64,000 nucleotides of DNA from Leptonemataceae bacterium. Its GTDB lineage: Bacteria > Spirochaetota > Leptospiria > Leptospirales > Leptonemataceae. The first letter of the stretch is position 1, and the number at the start of each line of letters is the position of its first letter. Made by a program: the position numbers and the translations under genes. Positions 38,879-48,317 of this stretch are shown here, in pieces. The DNA lies in assembly GCA_965227295.1 (NCBI GenBank), contig OZ245742.1, positions 2,656,001 to 2,720,000 of the forward strand, in the 5' to 3' direction. Below the pieces are notes generated by a model. It saw only the letters and a list, made by a program, of their open reading frames with translations. It had not been told where the DNA came from and did no database searches.

Positions 38879-39960
38879 AAGCACGCGCGCCCGGCATCTC
38901 GGTGCGGTTCGGTATGTTCCTGCTTGCCGCCCTGGCCTGGCTTCCGGCGCCGGTTCGCGCGGACATACTGCAACTGGAAGGTGGAGAAAAAATTGAAGGA
39001 TTTTACTCCGGCGAAGTGGGGGATCGTGTTATCATGATTCTCTGGGACGGCAGCCGGAGGGAGGTCCCCACCGCGAACGTGAAGCGCCTGGAGATGGGCT
39101 ACACCGGTGTGCCGTTGTGTTACGGGCTCCGGGGCAACGAAGACGCCGAAGAACTGCGCTGTAATGTACTCTTACATAAAGTTACGAACGACCGCATGGT
39201 CATCGCCGAAGGACCGGGCTATACCACGTTGACGGAGATTCCTCTGGAAGATGTAGCCGTGGCGCAGTTACGCCGCCGGGCCGATTTTCAACGCCTGGCG
39301 CCGGTTTTGCGTCCCGGTCTGCGCGTGCGTGCGCAGGATCGCAACGGTGCTGAGATCTCCGGCGAAATCGTCGACGTCAGCGACGCCGGCGTTCGCCTGC
39401 GAGACGAGGCCGGCGAAGAACGCCTGGTGCGGGAAGACCAGGTGGCACTCATGGCCATCACGAAAACAGAAACGGAACAGAAGCCGGATCCCTTGCGCGA
39501 GCCCGAGGGCGAAACGGAAAAGCAACCGGACGAACCTGAAATCGCCTCGCGACGGTTTTCGGCCTGGGATCTCTATCCCGGCATTCCTCAGTACCGCGCC
39601 GGTGAACGATTACTCGGCGCCGCCATCGCCGCAAGTTTTCACGTGATGCTCGGCGGATTTTACCTGGAGTTTCGCGCGGCCGAAGACGCGGCGACCCGGG
39701 CCGACTCCGATCCCACGGTGCTTCTCTTCAACAATACCACGTACCTCGAAGACTTCCAACGACACCAGCGCAATCAAACGATCCTCGGCGGCCTGGTCGC
39801 CGCCGTCTACTTCTGGCACCTCACGGACTGGTTTTACCTGGGCCCACCGGAGGCCGCGTCGACCGAAGCGGCGCCGGCATTAATGTTATACGAGCGCAAG
39901 TTAACGGACGGCCTGCACGAAGAATCCGTACACGAACTGCGTCTGGAATGGCGCTTTTAA
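38875..39960 (+). CDS. Exported/membrane protein with Sm-like modules
   Basis: Signal peptide VRA-D, DILQLEGGEKIEG, late hydrophobic segments, C-terminal LEWRF; GTGA coupling. Confidence 0.75.
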   Translation: MKARAPGISVRFGMFLLAALAWLPAPVRADILQLEGGEKIEGFYSGEVGDRVIMILWDGSRREVPTANVKRLEMGYTGVPLCYGLRGNEDAEELRCNVLLHKVTNDRMVIAEGPGYTTLTEIPLEDVAVAQLRRRADFQRLAPVLRPGLRVRAQDRNGAEISGEIVDVSDAGVRLRDEAGEERLVREDQVALMAITKTETEQKPDPLREPEGETEKQPDEPEIASRRFSAWDLYPGIPQYRAGERLLGAAIAASFHVMLGGFYLEFRAAEDAATRADSDPTVLLFNNTTYLEDFQRHQRNQTILGGLVAAVYFWHLTDWFYLGPPEAASTEAAPALMLYERKLTDGLHEESVHELRLEWRF

Positions 39961-40583
39961 ACGATCGAAACTGCATGGATCTCCCCGTTCCCGACAGCCG
40001 TACGATCACTTTGCAGAGCCGCGATTCGGAGAAGCTCGAGTCCGTGTGGGATGAGCTGCGCCGCAGGTTGCTTCTGCACTGCGACGATCGTTTCATCAAA
40101 GCCTACTTCGGCGGCCTGCGGCATGTGCTGCGCGAACTCGTATTCAATGCGCTCAAGGCGAATCTCAAACGCATCTACCTGGAAGAGCTGCGGAGTTCCG
40201 GCGTCCAGGAGGACGGGTTGTCTTCGAATTTTATCCGTCGTTTCCGGCAGCGTTTGCAGGAAGACCCGCACAGCCTCATGCAAAAAGCCGAACAGAGCAG
40301 CTATCGGGTTCAGGTTCGTTTTTTCAGTGAGCAGACGGGATTCCACATCGTCATCGAAAACAATTCGGAAATTTTACCCGTCGAACGCAGTCGCGTGGAG
40401 GACGTCCTGAACGGTCGCGGACTGGAATTTGATCCGGCCGCCGAGCCGGATGCCGAGGGCGGCGGACTGGGATTACACATGATTCGTACGATCCTGGAAA
40501 ACAGCGGCCTGGGCATGTCCAGCCTGAGATTTGACGCCGGCCCTGGACGGACCGCCTTCACGCTTCGGGTGTCCGCGCATTAG
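39948..40583 (+). CDS. HATPase-fold anti-sigma/serine kinase-like protein
   Basis: N-box RELVFNALKAN and G2 box EGGGLGL; adjacent to STAS gene. Confidence 0.7.
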   Translation: MALLNDRNCMDLPVPDSRTITLQSRDSEKLESVWDELRRRLLLHCDDRFIKAYFGGLRHVLRELVFNALKANLKRIYLEELRSSGVQEDGLSSNFIRRFRQRLQEDPHSLMQKAEQSSYRVQVRFFSEQTGFHIVIENNSEILPVERSRVEDVLNGRGLEFDPAAEPDAEGGGLGLHMIRTILENSGLGMSSLRFDAGPGRTAFTLRVSAH

Positions 40584-40631
40584 ATTGACAGCCTTTGGAG
40601 TTGCAGTAATCAGGAACAGGAGTCTAACGAA

Positions 40632-40958
40632 ATGGAAATGCAGGTTCGTGACATCGGAAAACACCGGGTGGTCGCCATCTCCGGCGAACTCGATCTCTAC
40701 AACGTCGGTAAGTTGAAGAAGCAACTCCTGCCGATTTTGAAAGAGGATCCGACATCGATGGTCGTAGATCTGAAGGAACTGAAGTACATGGACTCCTCGG
40801 GTATCGCGCTCATGGCGCACTGCCGCAAAAAGGTTCTCGAAAAGGGCGGCGAATTTTTCTTAATGAGCGTCGGCGACGATATTCGCAACGTCCTGCGCCT
40901 GGCCGCCCTGGAAGATTTTTTCAATTTTCTGGAAGGCGAGGATCAGCTCCCGGCGTGA
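40632..40958 (+). CDS. STAS anti-sigma-factor antagonist
   Basis: ISGELDLY, DLKELKYMDSSGI (phosphorylatable Ser). Confidence 0.93.
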   Translation: MEMQVRDIGKHRVVAISGELDLYNVGKLKKQLLPILKEDPTSMVVDLKELKYMDSSGIALMAHCRKKVLEKGGEFFLMSVGDDIRNVLRLAALEDFFNFLEGEDQLPA

Positions 40959-42001
40959 GCCTCGTTCTCGGCATCGAAAGTTCCTGCGACGAAACCTCCG
41001 TGGCCGTGGTGCGGGACGGACGTCGGAGCCTCGCCAACGTCATTTACTCCCAGATCGATCGCCACGCGCCGTTTCGCGGCGTGGTCCCGGAAATCGCGAG
41101 CCGGGCGCACCTCGAAAAGATCAACGATGTTTATGCCGCCGCCCTGGACCAGGCCGGCGTGTCCCCCGCGGACCTGGACTGCGTCGCGGTAAGCGTTCGT
41201 CCGGGCCTGGTCGGTTCGCTCATGGTTGGTGCGCAACTGGCGAAGTGCCTGGCCCTCGTGCATGATCTTCCTGTAGTCCCCGTGGATCACCTCGAAGCGC
41301 ACATGTATGCGCCGTGCCTGGAGTTCGAGCCGGACGAATCGCTGGAGTATCCCTTTCTCGGATTGTTGCTGAGCGGCGGCAACTCGGCAATCTATCGCGT
41401 CGACGCTCCCGGCCGTCTGGAACTCCTCGGCGATACCCGGGACGATGCCTGCGGCGAAGCCTTCGATAAAATTGCCGCGCTCCTGGAACTGCCCTATCCC
41501 GGCGGACCCTTCATCGAAAAAAAAGCCGGCGAGCACCCGGATCAGGGATGGACCGAAGAGGCCTCGTTATTTCCGCGCCTGCTCCGGAACCTGCCCGGCA
41601 ACGAACTTGCGTTTTCCTTCTCGGGCATCAAGACCGCCGTGGCCCGGGCCGTCCGTGACGGCCACGAAACCGCCCGCATTGCGTATGATTTTCAGCATGT
41701 CGTCTTCGAGCTTGTGGTCCGCAACCTGCGCCGCGCGATGAAAAAAACACGCATTCCGCGCATCGTCGCCTCGGGCGGCGTGCTCGCGAACGACTCGCTG
41801 CGCGGGCACCTGCGCGCTCTGGAACCGGAACTCGTCGAGCAGGGTGGCTGGATTCGCTGGCCCGCGAAGAAGTTCCACTGCACCGATAACGCGGGCATGG
41901 TGGCCGCCCTGGGCTCGGTCCTTTTCGCTGAGGCCCCCGAACGTTACACCGGGGCGCAGCTCGATTTTTCTGTGAGCAGTCGGAGCTCTTTTGCGGTCTA
42001 G
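40955..42001 (+). CDS. tsaD: tRNA t6A threonylcarbamoyltransferase TsaD
   Basis: LGIESSCDET, VVPEIASRAH, HLEAH, DDACGEAFDK, CTDNAGM. Confidence 0.97.
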   Translation: MSLVLGIESSCDETSVAVVRDGRRSLANVIYSQIDRHAPFRGVVPEIASRAHLEKINDVYAAALDQAGVSPADLDCVAVSVRPGLVGSLMVGAQLAKCLALVHDLPVVPVDHLEAHMYAPCLEFEPDESLEYPFLGLLLSGGNSAIYRVDAPGRLELLGDTRDDACGEAFDKIAALLELPYPGGPFIEKKAGEHPDQGWTEEASLFPRLLRNLPGNELAFSFSGIKTAVARAVRDGHETARIAYDFQHVVFELVVRNLRRAMKKTRIPRIVASGGVLANDSLRGHLRALEPELVEQGGWIRWPAKKFHCTDNAGMVAALGSVLFAEAPERYTGAQLDFSVSSRSSFAV

Positions 42002-42060
42002 CCGGCGAGAGAAAACATGATTTACAGGCAGGCTTGCCGACGTAAAACAGCTCCCATCTT

Positions 42061-42819
42061 ATGGGCGGAATTAAGGCCTCTATCCCCAACCTCTTCACCC
42101 TGGGGAATCTTACACTTGGTTACTTCGCGATTCTTCTGGCGGCGCAGGCCCACTCAAAAGAAGAGCTGCTCACGGTCGCCGCGCTGTTCATTTTGCTCGC
42201 CATGCTCTGCGACGGTCTGGACGGCTTCGCGGCCCGGCTCCTGAACGCGCGCTCGGAACTCGGCGCGCAACTGGACAGCCTCGCGGACCTCACCGCCTTC
42301 GGCATCGCGCCGGCCGTGGTCTTTTACATGTTCGTCCTGCAAGACTACAATTACGAGGCCTCCGCAGATCTTGATATCCCTACCGGCATGCTCATTTCGG
42401 CCGTCTACCCGGCCTGTGCGGCGTACCGCCTGGCCCGGTTCAACGTCGGCACGCCCGAGGGCGGTTTCGTGGGACTGCCTTCGCCCGTGGCCGGTATTAC
42501 CGTCGCGCTCATGCCCCTGGCCTTCGACGAGCTCATCCCGATTCCGGACATCGCGTTGATCGTGGTCTTCGTACTCGCGGCGTTCTTGATGGTGAGTACG
42601 GTGCGCTACGCGAAGCCCCAGGAAGCCCGCTTCTTCAAACGTTTCTCGCGCATGCGTTTGGGCATCCTGTTAGCCTTTCTCATCGGCGTGCTCGTTTTTG
42701 TTGGCTACACCTACGGCAGCGACTACTCCGCCGCCGGCATCTTTACGATCATCACCATCTACACGGCCACGGGCCTGGTCGCGCTGATCTTCCACGCCAT
42801 CCAGAAATATCGAATGTGA
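42061..42819 (+). CDS. pssA: CDP-diacylglycerol--serine O-phosphatidyltransferase
   Basis: IPNLFTLGN, DGLDG..AR...G..LDSLAD, RLARFN, F.GLPSP. Confidence 0.93.
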   Translation: MGGIKASIPNLFTLGNLTLGYFAILLAAQAHSKEELLTVAALFILLAMLCDGLDGFAARLLNARSELGAQLDSLADLTAFGIAPAVVFYMFVLQDYNYEASADLDIPTGMLISAVYPACAAYRLARFNVGTPEGGFVGLPSPVAGITVALMPLAFDELIPIPDIALIVVFVLAAFLMVSTVRYAKPQEARFFKRFSRMRLGILLAFLIGVLVFVGYTYGSDYSAAGIFTIITIYTATGLVALIFHAIQKYRM

Positions 42820-42822
42820 GAC

Positions 42823-44208
42823 TCAGTAGAGTTCCCAGCGAAACTGCAGTACGCCGAAACTTTGCGGGCGCCGGTTTACGATACGGGACTCCACGAGAAT
42901 GTAGACGTGCCGGTGCTTCAGGCGCAGCACCAGGCCGCCCGCCGCGTCGGGATCGCCGTAGAATCGGAGGCCGGACTCACGATCTCCGCTGCTGCGTAGA
43001 AAAAAGAATGTATGCTCCGCCGGCGTACCGTAGACGGCGCCGACGCTGAACTCCAGGGACGGCTCTCGACTGCGAAAAAAGAGATCCAGTTCCCCGGCGT
43101 GCACGCCGCTGCGCCGACTTTCGAACACCGTGCGTACTCCGAAGTTCTCATCGCGCCACTCCAGCCCCGTGGCGAGAGCATGGTCTGCGAAATCGGAGCC
43201 GGATCCCGGCGGTGCATTTTCCGAATCCACGAGCGAACCATCCGCTACGTTTCGTACGGCGGCATTGTAGTGTCGGCGCTCGTAATAACGTCCGCGCAGA
43301 AGCCAGTGTATGTCGGCGAACGGCAACCGCGGGGTCCAGGCCAGTTCCATGGTTCGAAAACCGTCCGGGCCGCGGTCGAATCCTGCCGCCCCCGCTTCGA
43401 ATCGACGCATCACATTCACAAAAACCTGCCCGAGTCCGGAGCGGCCCTCTCGTTCCGCGTAAACTTCCCCTGAGGATAAGCTAAGATAATCCCAGGTTTC
43501 CTTGCGTTCCGCTTCGATCAGCAGATCCACGTCGCGCTCCGTGCTCCGGGACGACACCTGCGTCTCTTCGGGAACGAACGTCCCCAATCGACCGTAGCCG
43601 GTCCACGTGCGCGGGGAACGAATCAGGTCGGCGTACGCACTCACCCCCGCCAGCGGAACGCCGTGCACCGTAAGCACGGCGTGGCCGGACGGATGGGCCG
43701 CGAGCAAGAGCCGGCGGTCCCAGGCCAGGAAGGCCCCGGGTTGCGATTCCCCGCTCAGCCAGAACGGCCCGGGCACGGCAAAGTGACGGGGCAGCGGCTG
43801 CAGGAAGATCGAAGCGCGATCACGGCCCGCGGGAATCTGCGGGAAGGCGGAATACGCATCCGGGTCGAGGAGAAAGTTCGTGCGCGGTCCCGGCAGGAAA
43901 CGTCGTCCCATCGTCAGCGCTACGAGGTCGTGGGCAAAAGCCGCGGAAACATGCGATGTTTGATGAAAGCGACGTTCCCGGCCGGGATCTTTTTTGATTG
44001 ATCCCCGGGATTCCAGCAGAAATCGATAGTCCAGATCCGCCGGTAAGCGGCCTTCGGGAAACAGGAACAGGACCTGCTCTTCCGCCGGTCGATCGCCCGC
44101 AAAGCCGCCGCCGGTTTCCAGGCGATGGCTCTGAGACTCTCCGGCGAGGTCCGTGGTCGTAAGCAGGATCAGCACGACGGACGCCGACAGCGACATGAAC
44201 GAAGACAT
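42823..44208 (-). CDS. Exported hypothetical protein, possibly an outer-membrane beta-barrel
   Basis: N-terminal hydrophobic signal, beta-strand-like alternation, aromatic C-terminus (FRWELY); start uncertain. Confidence 0.6.
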   Translation of the reverse strand: MSSFMSLSASVVLILLTTTDLAGESQSHRLETGGGFAGDRPAEEQVLFLFPEGRLPADLDYRFLLESRGSIKKDPGRERRFHQTSHVSAAFAHDLVALTMGRRFLPGPRTNFLLDPDAYSAFPQIPAGRDRASIFLQPLPRHFAVPGPFWLSGESQPGAFLAWDRRLLLAAHPSGHAVLTVHGVPLAGVSAYADLIRSPRTWTGYGRLGTFVPEETQVSSRSTERDVDLLIEAERKETWDYLSLSSGEVYAEREGRSGLGQVFVNVMRRFEAGAAGFDRGPDGFRTMELAWTPRLPFADIHWLLRGRYYERRHYNAAVRNVADGSLVDSENAPPGSGSDFADHALATGLEWRDENFGVRTVFESRRSGVHAGELDLFFRSREPSLEFSVGAVYGTPAEHTFFFLRSSGDRESGLRFYGDPDAAGGLVLRLKHRHVYILVESRIVNRRPQSFGVLQFRWELY

Positions 44209-44310
44209 GCCGGAGAACGTCAAAAAAGCGTCGATCGTTGCGCATTTTTCCAGCGATGAGTGAAAAAAGCGCCGCCTCGACGCGTCGCCGGATCGTCATC
44301 TTTGCAGCAC

Positions 44311-44871
44311 ATGTCCGAACTCGACCAAAGATTCGCGCGGTTGTATGACCTCAACCGCGACGATCTCTTTGCGTACATCCGCCGCTCCATTCGGGAAGAG
44401 GACACCTCCCTGGACCTCCTGCAAGACGCCTTCTTGAACTTCTGCCGAATCTACCGCGAGCGCGAACTGCCCGGCGACACCGAGTGCCGCATGTACCTCT
44501 TCAAGATCGCGCGCAACCTCATGATCAATCACGGGAAAAAGGTCTATACCCGTCGGGTGGATCTGGTCGAATCTTACGAAGACGGTTCCAGCGTGCAGTA
44601 CGCGAAGGCCGGCCGATCGGAGCGGACACCGGAAGACCAGATCGTCGAGGCCATGGACACCCGGGAGAAAGAGGCCATTCTGGAGGAACTTCTGGAGGAC
44701 CTGGACGAAGAACTGCGGACGATCCTGCTGCTCCGGCACCAGTCCGACCTGCGTCTGGAGGATATTGCCGCGATCATGGACGTTTCCATATCGACGATCT
44801 CGCGCAATCTACAGAAGGCCGAGCGCGCCTTGATGCAGGCCGGAAAAGAGCGAGGACTCACCGAATTGTGA
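44311..44871 (+). CDS. ECF sigma-70 factor
   Basis: DLLQDAF, YLFKIARNL..N region 2; region 4 LEDIA.IM.VSISTI. Confidence 0.92.
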   Translation: MSELDQRFARLYDLNRDDLFAYIRRSIREEDTSLDLLQDAFLNFCRIYRERELPGDTECRMYLFKIARNLMINHGKKVYTRRVDLVESYEDGSSVQYAKAGRSERTPEDQIVEAMDTREKEAILEELLEDLDEELRTILLLRHQSDLRLEDIAAIMDVSISTISRNLQKAERALMQAGKERGLTEL

Positions 44872-44965
44872 GGAAATCCGTCGTTTTTTTAGAAAAATCT
44901 GCAAAATCACCCTTGCCGTCTTGTTGCAAAAGGTGAGAGGGTTTGAAATACCCTGAGTCATTCTA

Positions 44966-46066
44966 ATGGAATCGCATCCCGAATTTGAACGCTACCGGCG
45001 CCTGCTTGCGGACTATCCGAAGCGAGACCTTCCGGCCTTCGAAGACGTCATGAAGCGTCAGTCGGCGGTTCTGGTGCACCCGGGCGTTCTGGGTATTGAG
45101 ACACGTTCCGACCGGGCCTGGAAGTCCGGCGGCGGATCCGTCGTGCGCTTCCTCCCGCGCCACTGGCAGGTCGCCGCGGCGACCGTCGTTTTCGCGGTGG
45201 GTGCCCTGGCCCTGGGATACGGCTACGCTGTTCAGAGCGCCGGTCTGCGGGCCGCGGTTCTCTACTCCAGCGGTGACGCCGCCTTCATCATCGGCGGCGC
45301 GGATCAGGCGAGCGACCAGGTCGCGGGCAATTTCCGGTCCGGCAGTCTCGAAGCCGGTAAAATCCTTACGGCAGGTTCCGTTCTGCTCACCGGCAAGGGC
45401 GGCAGCGCCGACATCGTTTTCGGCGACGGTGTAGTCCTGCGCATGAAGGAAAACACCCAGCTTAAACTGGAGCGGCTGGAGCCGCGCCCGGCCGGTGGAC
45501 GCTATTTTTACCTGGCCCTGGAGCGAGGCCGCATGTTTGCTGTTACCGAAAAGTTGAACGAAAACGATGTCTTCATCATTCGCACGGCGGATGCTCTGGT
45601 GGACGTGGATCGTACGGCTTTTCGGATGAGTGCAGGGGACGACGGCACGGTCGTCCACCTCATGCGCGGTCATCTGGATCTTCGCCCCCGCAAAGGCGGG
45701 TCGGCCTCCGTGGCCCTCGGGCCCCGGCATGTCGCGCGAGTGCGCGAAACGGAAGAACGTCCCATCCTGACGCGGGCCCCGGATATGCTGTTCACGGATG
45801 CGCGGGAACTCTATGAGGTTTCCCGGCGCTCCACCCATGTGGCACCGTCGGCTCTGGCGTATCTCGGCGTCGGCGGACGGCCTGTGGTCGGCGGAGCGGT
45901 GTATACGACGGCGGGACCGCGGACCTCGATCGAACTGCGGGACGGTTCTTCCCTCGAAGGGGATATGGTCTCATTAGTAGGACGGCGGGTGTCCTTCCAG
46001 GCGGAAGGCGGCCGCAACTATTCGCTCGATGTGAGCGATATCAAAGGCATTCACTACATGCGGTGA
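44966..46066 (+). CDS. FecR-domain anti-sigma-like membrane protein
   Basis: Single TM, FecR pattern (G..LR.KENTQL, LERG.M.A, F.I.T..A.V.V..T.F), C-terminal Sm-like module; follows the ECF sigma. Confidence 0.8.
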   Translation: MESHPEFERYRRLLADYPKRDLPAFEDVMKRQSAVLVHPGVLGIETRSDRAWKSGGGSVVRFLPRHWQVAAATVVFAVGALALGYGYAVQSAGLRAAVLYSSGDAAFIIGGADQASDQVAGNFRSGSLEAGKILTAGSVLLTGKGGSADIVFGDGVVLRMKENTQLKLERLEPRPAGGRYFYLALERGRMFAVTEKLNENDVFIIRTADALVDVDRTAFRMSAGDDGTVVHLMRGHLDLRPRKGGSASVALGPRHVARVRETEERPILTRAPDMLFTDARELYEVSRRSTHVAPSALAYLGVGGRPVVGGAVYTTAGPRTSIELRDGSSLEGDMVSLVGRRVSFQAEGGRNYSLDVSDIKGIHYMR

Positions 46067-46144
46067 ATGCAGAAGCAACGACCTGAATAGAATTAGGAAA
46101 TATATATGATTTCTGCAAGTATTCACAGGAAAGGAGAAGGAGCT

Positions 46145-47272
46145 ATGGTGAACGGAAAACGTTTCGCCCGTTTACTGGCAGTCGCGATTCTCGCGGTGGC
46201 GGTAATCGGAGCGGCAAACTGCGGTAAAGACGAGCCCACCGGCGTACAGCGCTCCATGATCATTGTATTCGCTTCCGGCGATGCCATGATTGTTCGGAAC
46301 GGAGAAGAGCTGCCCGCAAAAGTCGGTATGGTGGTGAACGAGAACGACGTTCTCAAAACCACGAACGGCACGGTGGATTTACAAACGAAGAACGGAAGTG
46401 CAGTGCGCATTCGCAACTACACGACCGTTACGATTTCGAAACTCTACGGTGATGGCAGCGCCGATACCCGTCTGAGCATGAAGCACGGCGGCCTTATGGC
46501 TTCCGTACAACGTAAGTCGAGCAAAGAAAACTTCACGGTTACGACCCCGACCGCAATCGCTGGTGTGCGCGGCACGACCTTCACGGTGGAAAGCAATGAA
46601 GGCGAGCCTGCGCGCGTAAAAGTGATCGACGGTAAAGTGGCAATGGCACCGCGAGTGGCTGCGCTTGAAAAGTATTCGGACGAAGAAATCCAGGCGAACG
46701 AAAACCTGAAGAAGCTGAAAGATCTTCAGTCGAAGCAGGAAGTCGTTCTGGAAGAGCGCACCGAAGCGGTCATCGAAGCCGATGTGGCCAGCAAGATGGA
46801 AGACCTGAACAACAAGATCGAGTCCGGCGAAGTCAGCGATGAAGAAGCGGTAGCTATGGCAGCCACGGCAACTAAGACGCTGGAAGCGAAAGATGAGACG
46901 GTTGCGATGGTTCGTTCGGAGGTTACCACCGAGGAATTGGCTGAAAAAGCAACCCTCGTAACGGTCGATGAAGACGTGGCTTCTCGCGCCCGCGAAGGCG
47001 ATGAGAGCGCTCTCGAAGAGATGAAGCGTCAGCGTGACGCGAAGCAAGAACTCGTTCTGAATCAGATCGAAGAAGAAGCTTCTCGCACGGAACTGAAGTC
47101 CGAAGAAGAGATTCGCCAGCACTATAACAAGCTGGAAACCCTGAATCTCCGCAACGGCGATCAGATGACGGGTGCGGTTATCGCACAAACCGGCAACGTT
47201 CTGATCGTGCACACCCCGAAAGGAGTGCGCCGTCTGAAAACGAGCGAAGTCGAGTTCATCACGTATCCGTAA
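46145..47272 (+). CDS. LipL45-like FecR-domain lipoprotein
   Basis: Lipobox AAN-C, TPTAIAGVRGTTF, coiled coil, C-terminal L.NG....G.VIAQ module. Confidence 0.82.
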   Translation: MVNGKRFARLLAVAILAVAVIGAANCGKDEPTGVQRSMIIVFASGDAMIVRNGEELPAKVGMVVNENDVLKTTNGTVDLQTKNGSAVRIRNYTTVTISKLYGDGSADTRLSMKHGGLMASVQRKSSKENFTVTTPTAIAGVRGTTFTVESNEGEPARVKVIDGKVAMAPRVAALEKYSDEEIQANENLKKLKDLQSKQEVVLEERTEAVIEADVASKMEDLNNKIESGEVSDEEAVAMAATATKTLEAKDETVAMVRSEVTTEELAEKATLVTVDEDVASRAREGDESALEEMKRQRDAKQELVLNQIEEEASRTELKSEEEIRQHYNKLETLNLRNGDQMTGAVIAQTGNVLIVHTPKGVRRLKTSEVEFITYP

Positions 47273-47296
47273 TACGGAGCGAGTTGATCGAAACGG

Positions 47297-47328
47297 AAGC
47301 GAGCGGTGTGAGCCGCTCGCTTTTTTTT
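47297..47328 (+). terminator. Rho-independent terminator
   Basis: AAGCGAGCGG-TGTGAG-CCGCTCGC followed by T8. Confidence 0.9.
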
Positions 47329-47385
47329 GCCCGGCCTTTTTTGTTGCATTCCGCCCCGCGTGTACCCTACATTAAATAGTACCCT

Positions 47386-47607
47386 ATGGGAGAGCAGGAT
47401 TACCAGGCCATGGTCGACCTGAACCGGCTGATGCGGCCGGCGATGGTCTGTGTATGCCGCCGCGTGCCCGAGGAACGCATCCGCGACGCGGTGGAAAACC
47501 GCGGAGCACGGAGCTTCGACGAGGTGCAGGCCATCACGAACTGCTCCACGGGCTGCGGAACCTGCGAGTCCGAGGTTCGCGCCCTCATCAAAAAGTACCG
47601 GAATTAG
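47386..47607 (+). CDS. BFD-like [2Fe-2S] protein
   Basis: VCVC...CSTGCGTC. Confidence 0.88.
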   Translation: MGEQDYQAMVDLNRLMRPAMVCVCRRVPEERIRDAVENRGARSFDEVQAITNCSTGCGTCESEVRALIKKYRN

Positions 47608-47644
47608 TTGCCAGTGCGGGTTTGGATCGCATCCTGGCACCGTT

Positions 47645-48304
47645 ATGGCCGAATATCTGAGCTGGTCCCGATTGTTCGAATCGGGCGGGCCGACCCTCCT
47701 TATCTTACTGATCTGTTCGATCGTTTCCTTTGTCGTCATCATCGAACGTTTCGTCTACTTTAACGCAAAGCGCGTTTCCGTTGTCGATTTTCTCGCGAAG
47801 TTCCTGGAACGACTCGGCAATGCCGGCGTACTGCATCCCCGGGACGAGGAAGACTATCGCAAAACGCCCGTGGGTTATGTGCTCGTCGAATGTCACGAGT
47901 CGGTGCGGGAACGTGCCGACGGCGAGGACTTTGATCGTCGCTTCGATGAAACGAAGAGCCGCGCCATCGCCGAAAAGCTGCCGGACATGGATCGTTATCT
48001 GGGCATTGTGGCGACCCTGGGGACGGTGAGCCCCTACATTGGTCTGTTGGGCACGGTCTTCGGCATCATTCGGGCCTTCATGAGCCTGGGCGGTGATCCT
48101 TCCGCGGAATCGGCGGCCAGCATGAATGAACTGAACGCCGGCATTGCCGAGGCGCTCATTGCAACGGCGGCCGGGCTGTTCGTTGCCATCCCGGCTACGA
48201 TTGCGTACAACTTTTTTCGGCGCCGGGCGAACGCTCTGGTCCTCGACATGGAAATCGCGGCGAGCCGGTTGAAGAGCGCGCTGCTGGCTAATCGCAAGGG
48301 CTGA
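47645..48304 (+). CDS. exbB: MotA/TolQ/ExbB proton channel
   Basis: PYIGLLGTVFGII.AF, GIAEALIATAAGLFVAIPA. Confidence 0.9.
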   Translation: MAEYLSWSRLFESGGPTLLILLICSIVSFVVIIERFVYFNAKRVSVVDFLAKFLERLGNAGVLHPRDEEDYRKTPVGYVLVECHESVRERADGEDFDRRFDETKSRAIAEKLPDMDRYLGIVATLGTVSPYIGLLGTVFGIIRAFMSLGGDPSAESAASMNELNAGIAEALIATAAGLFVAIPATIAYNFFRRRANALVLDMEIAASRLKSALLANRKG

Positions 48305-48317
48305 ACTTACGCATCGT

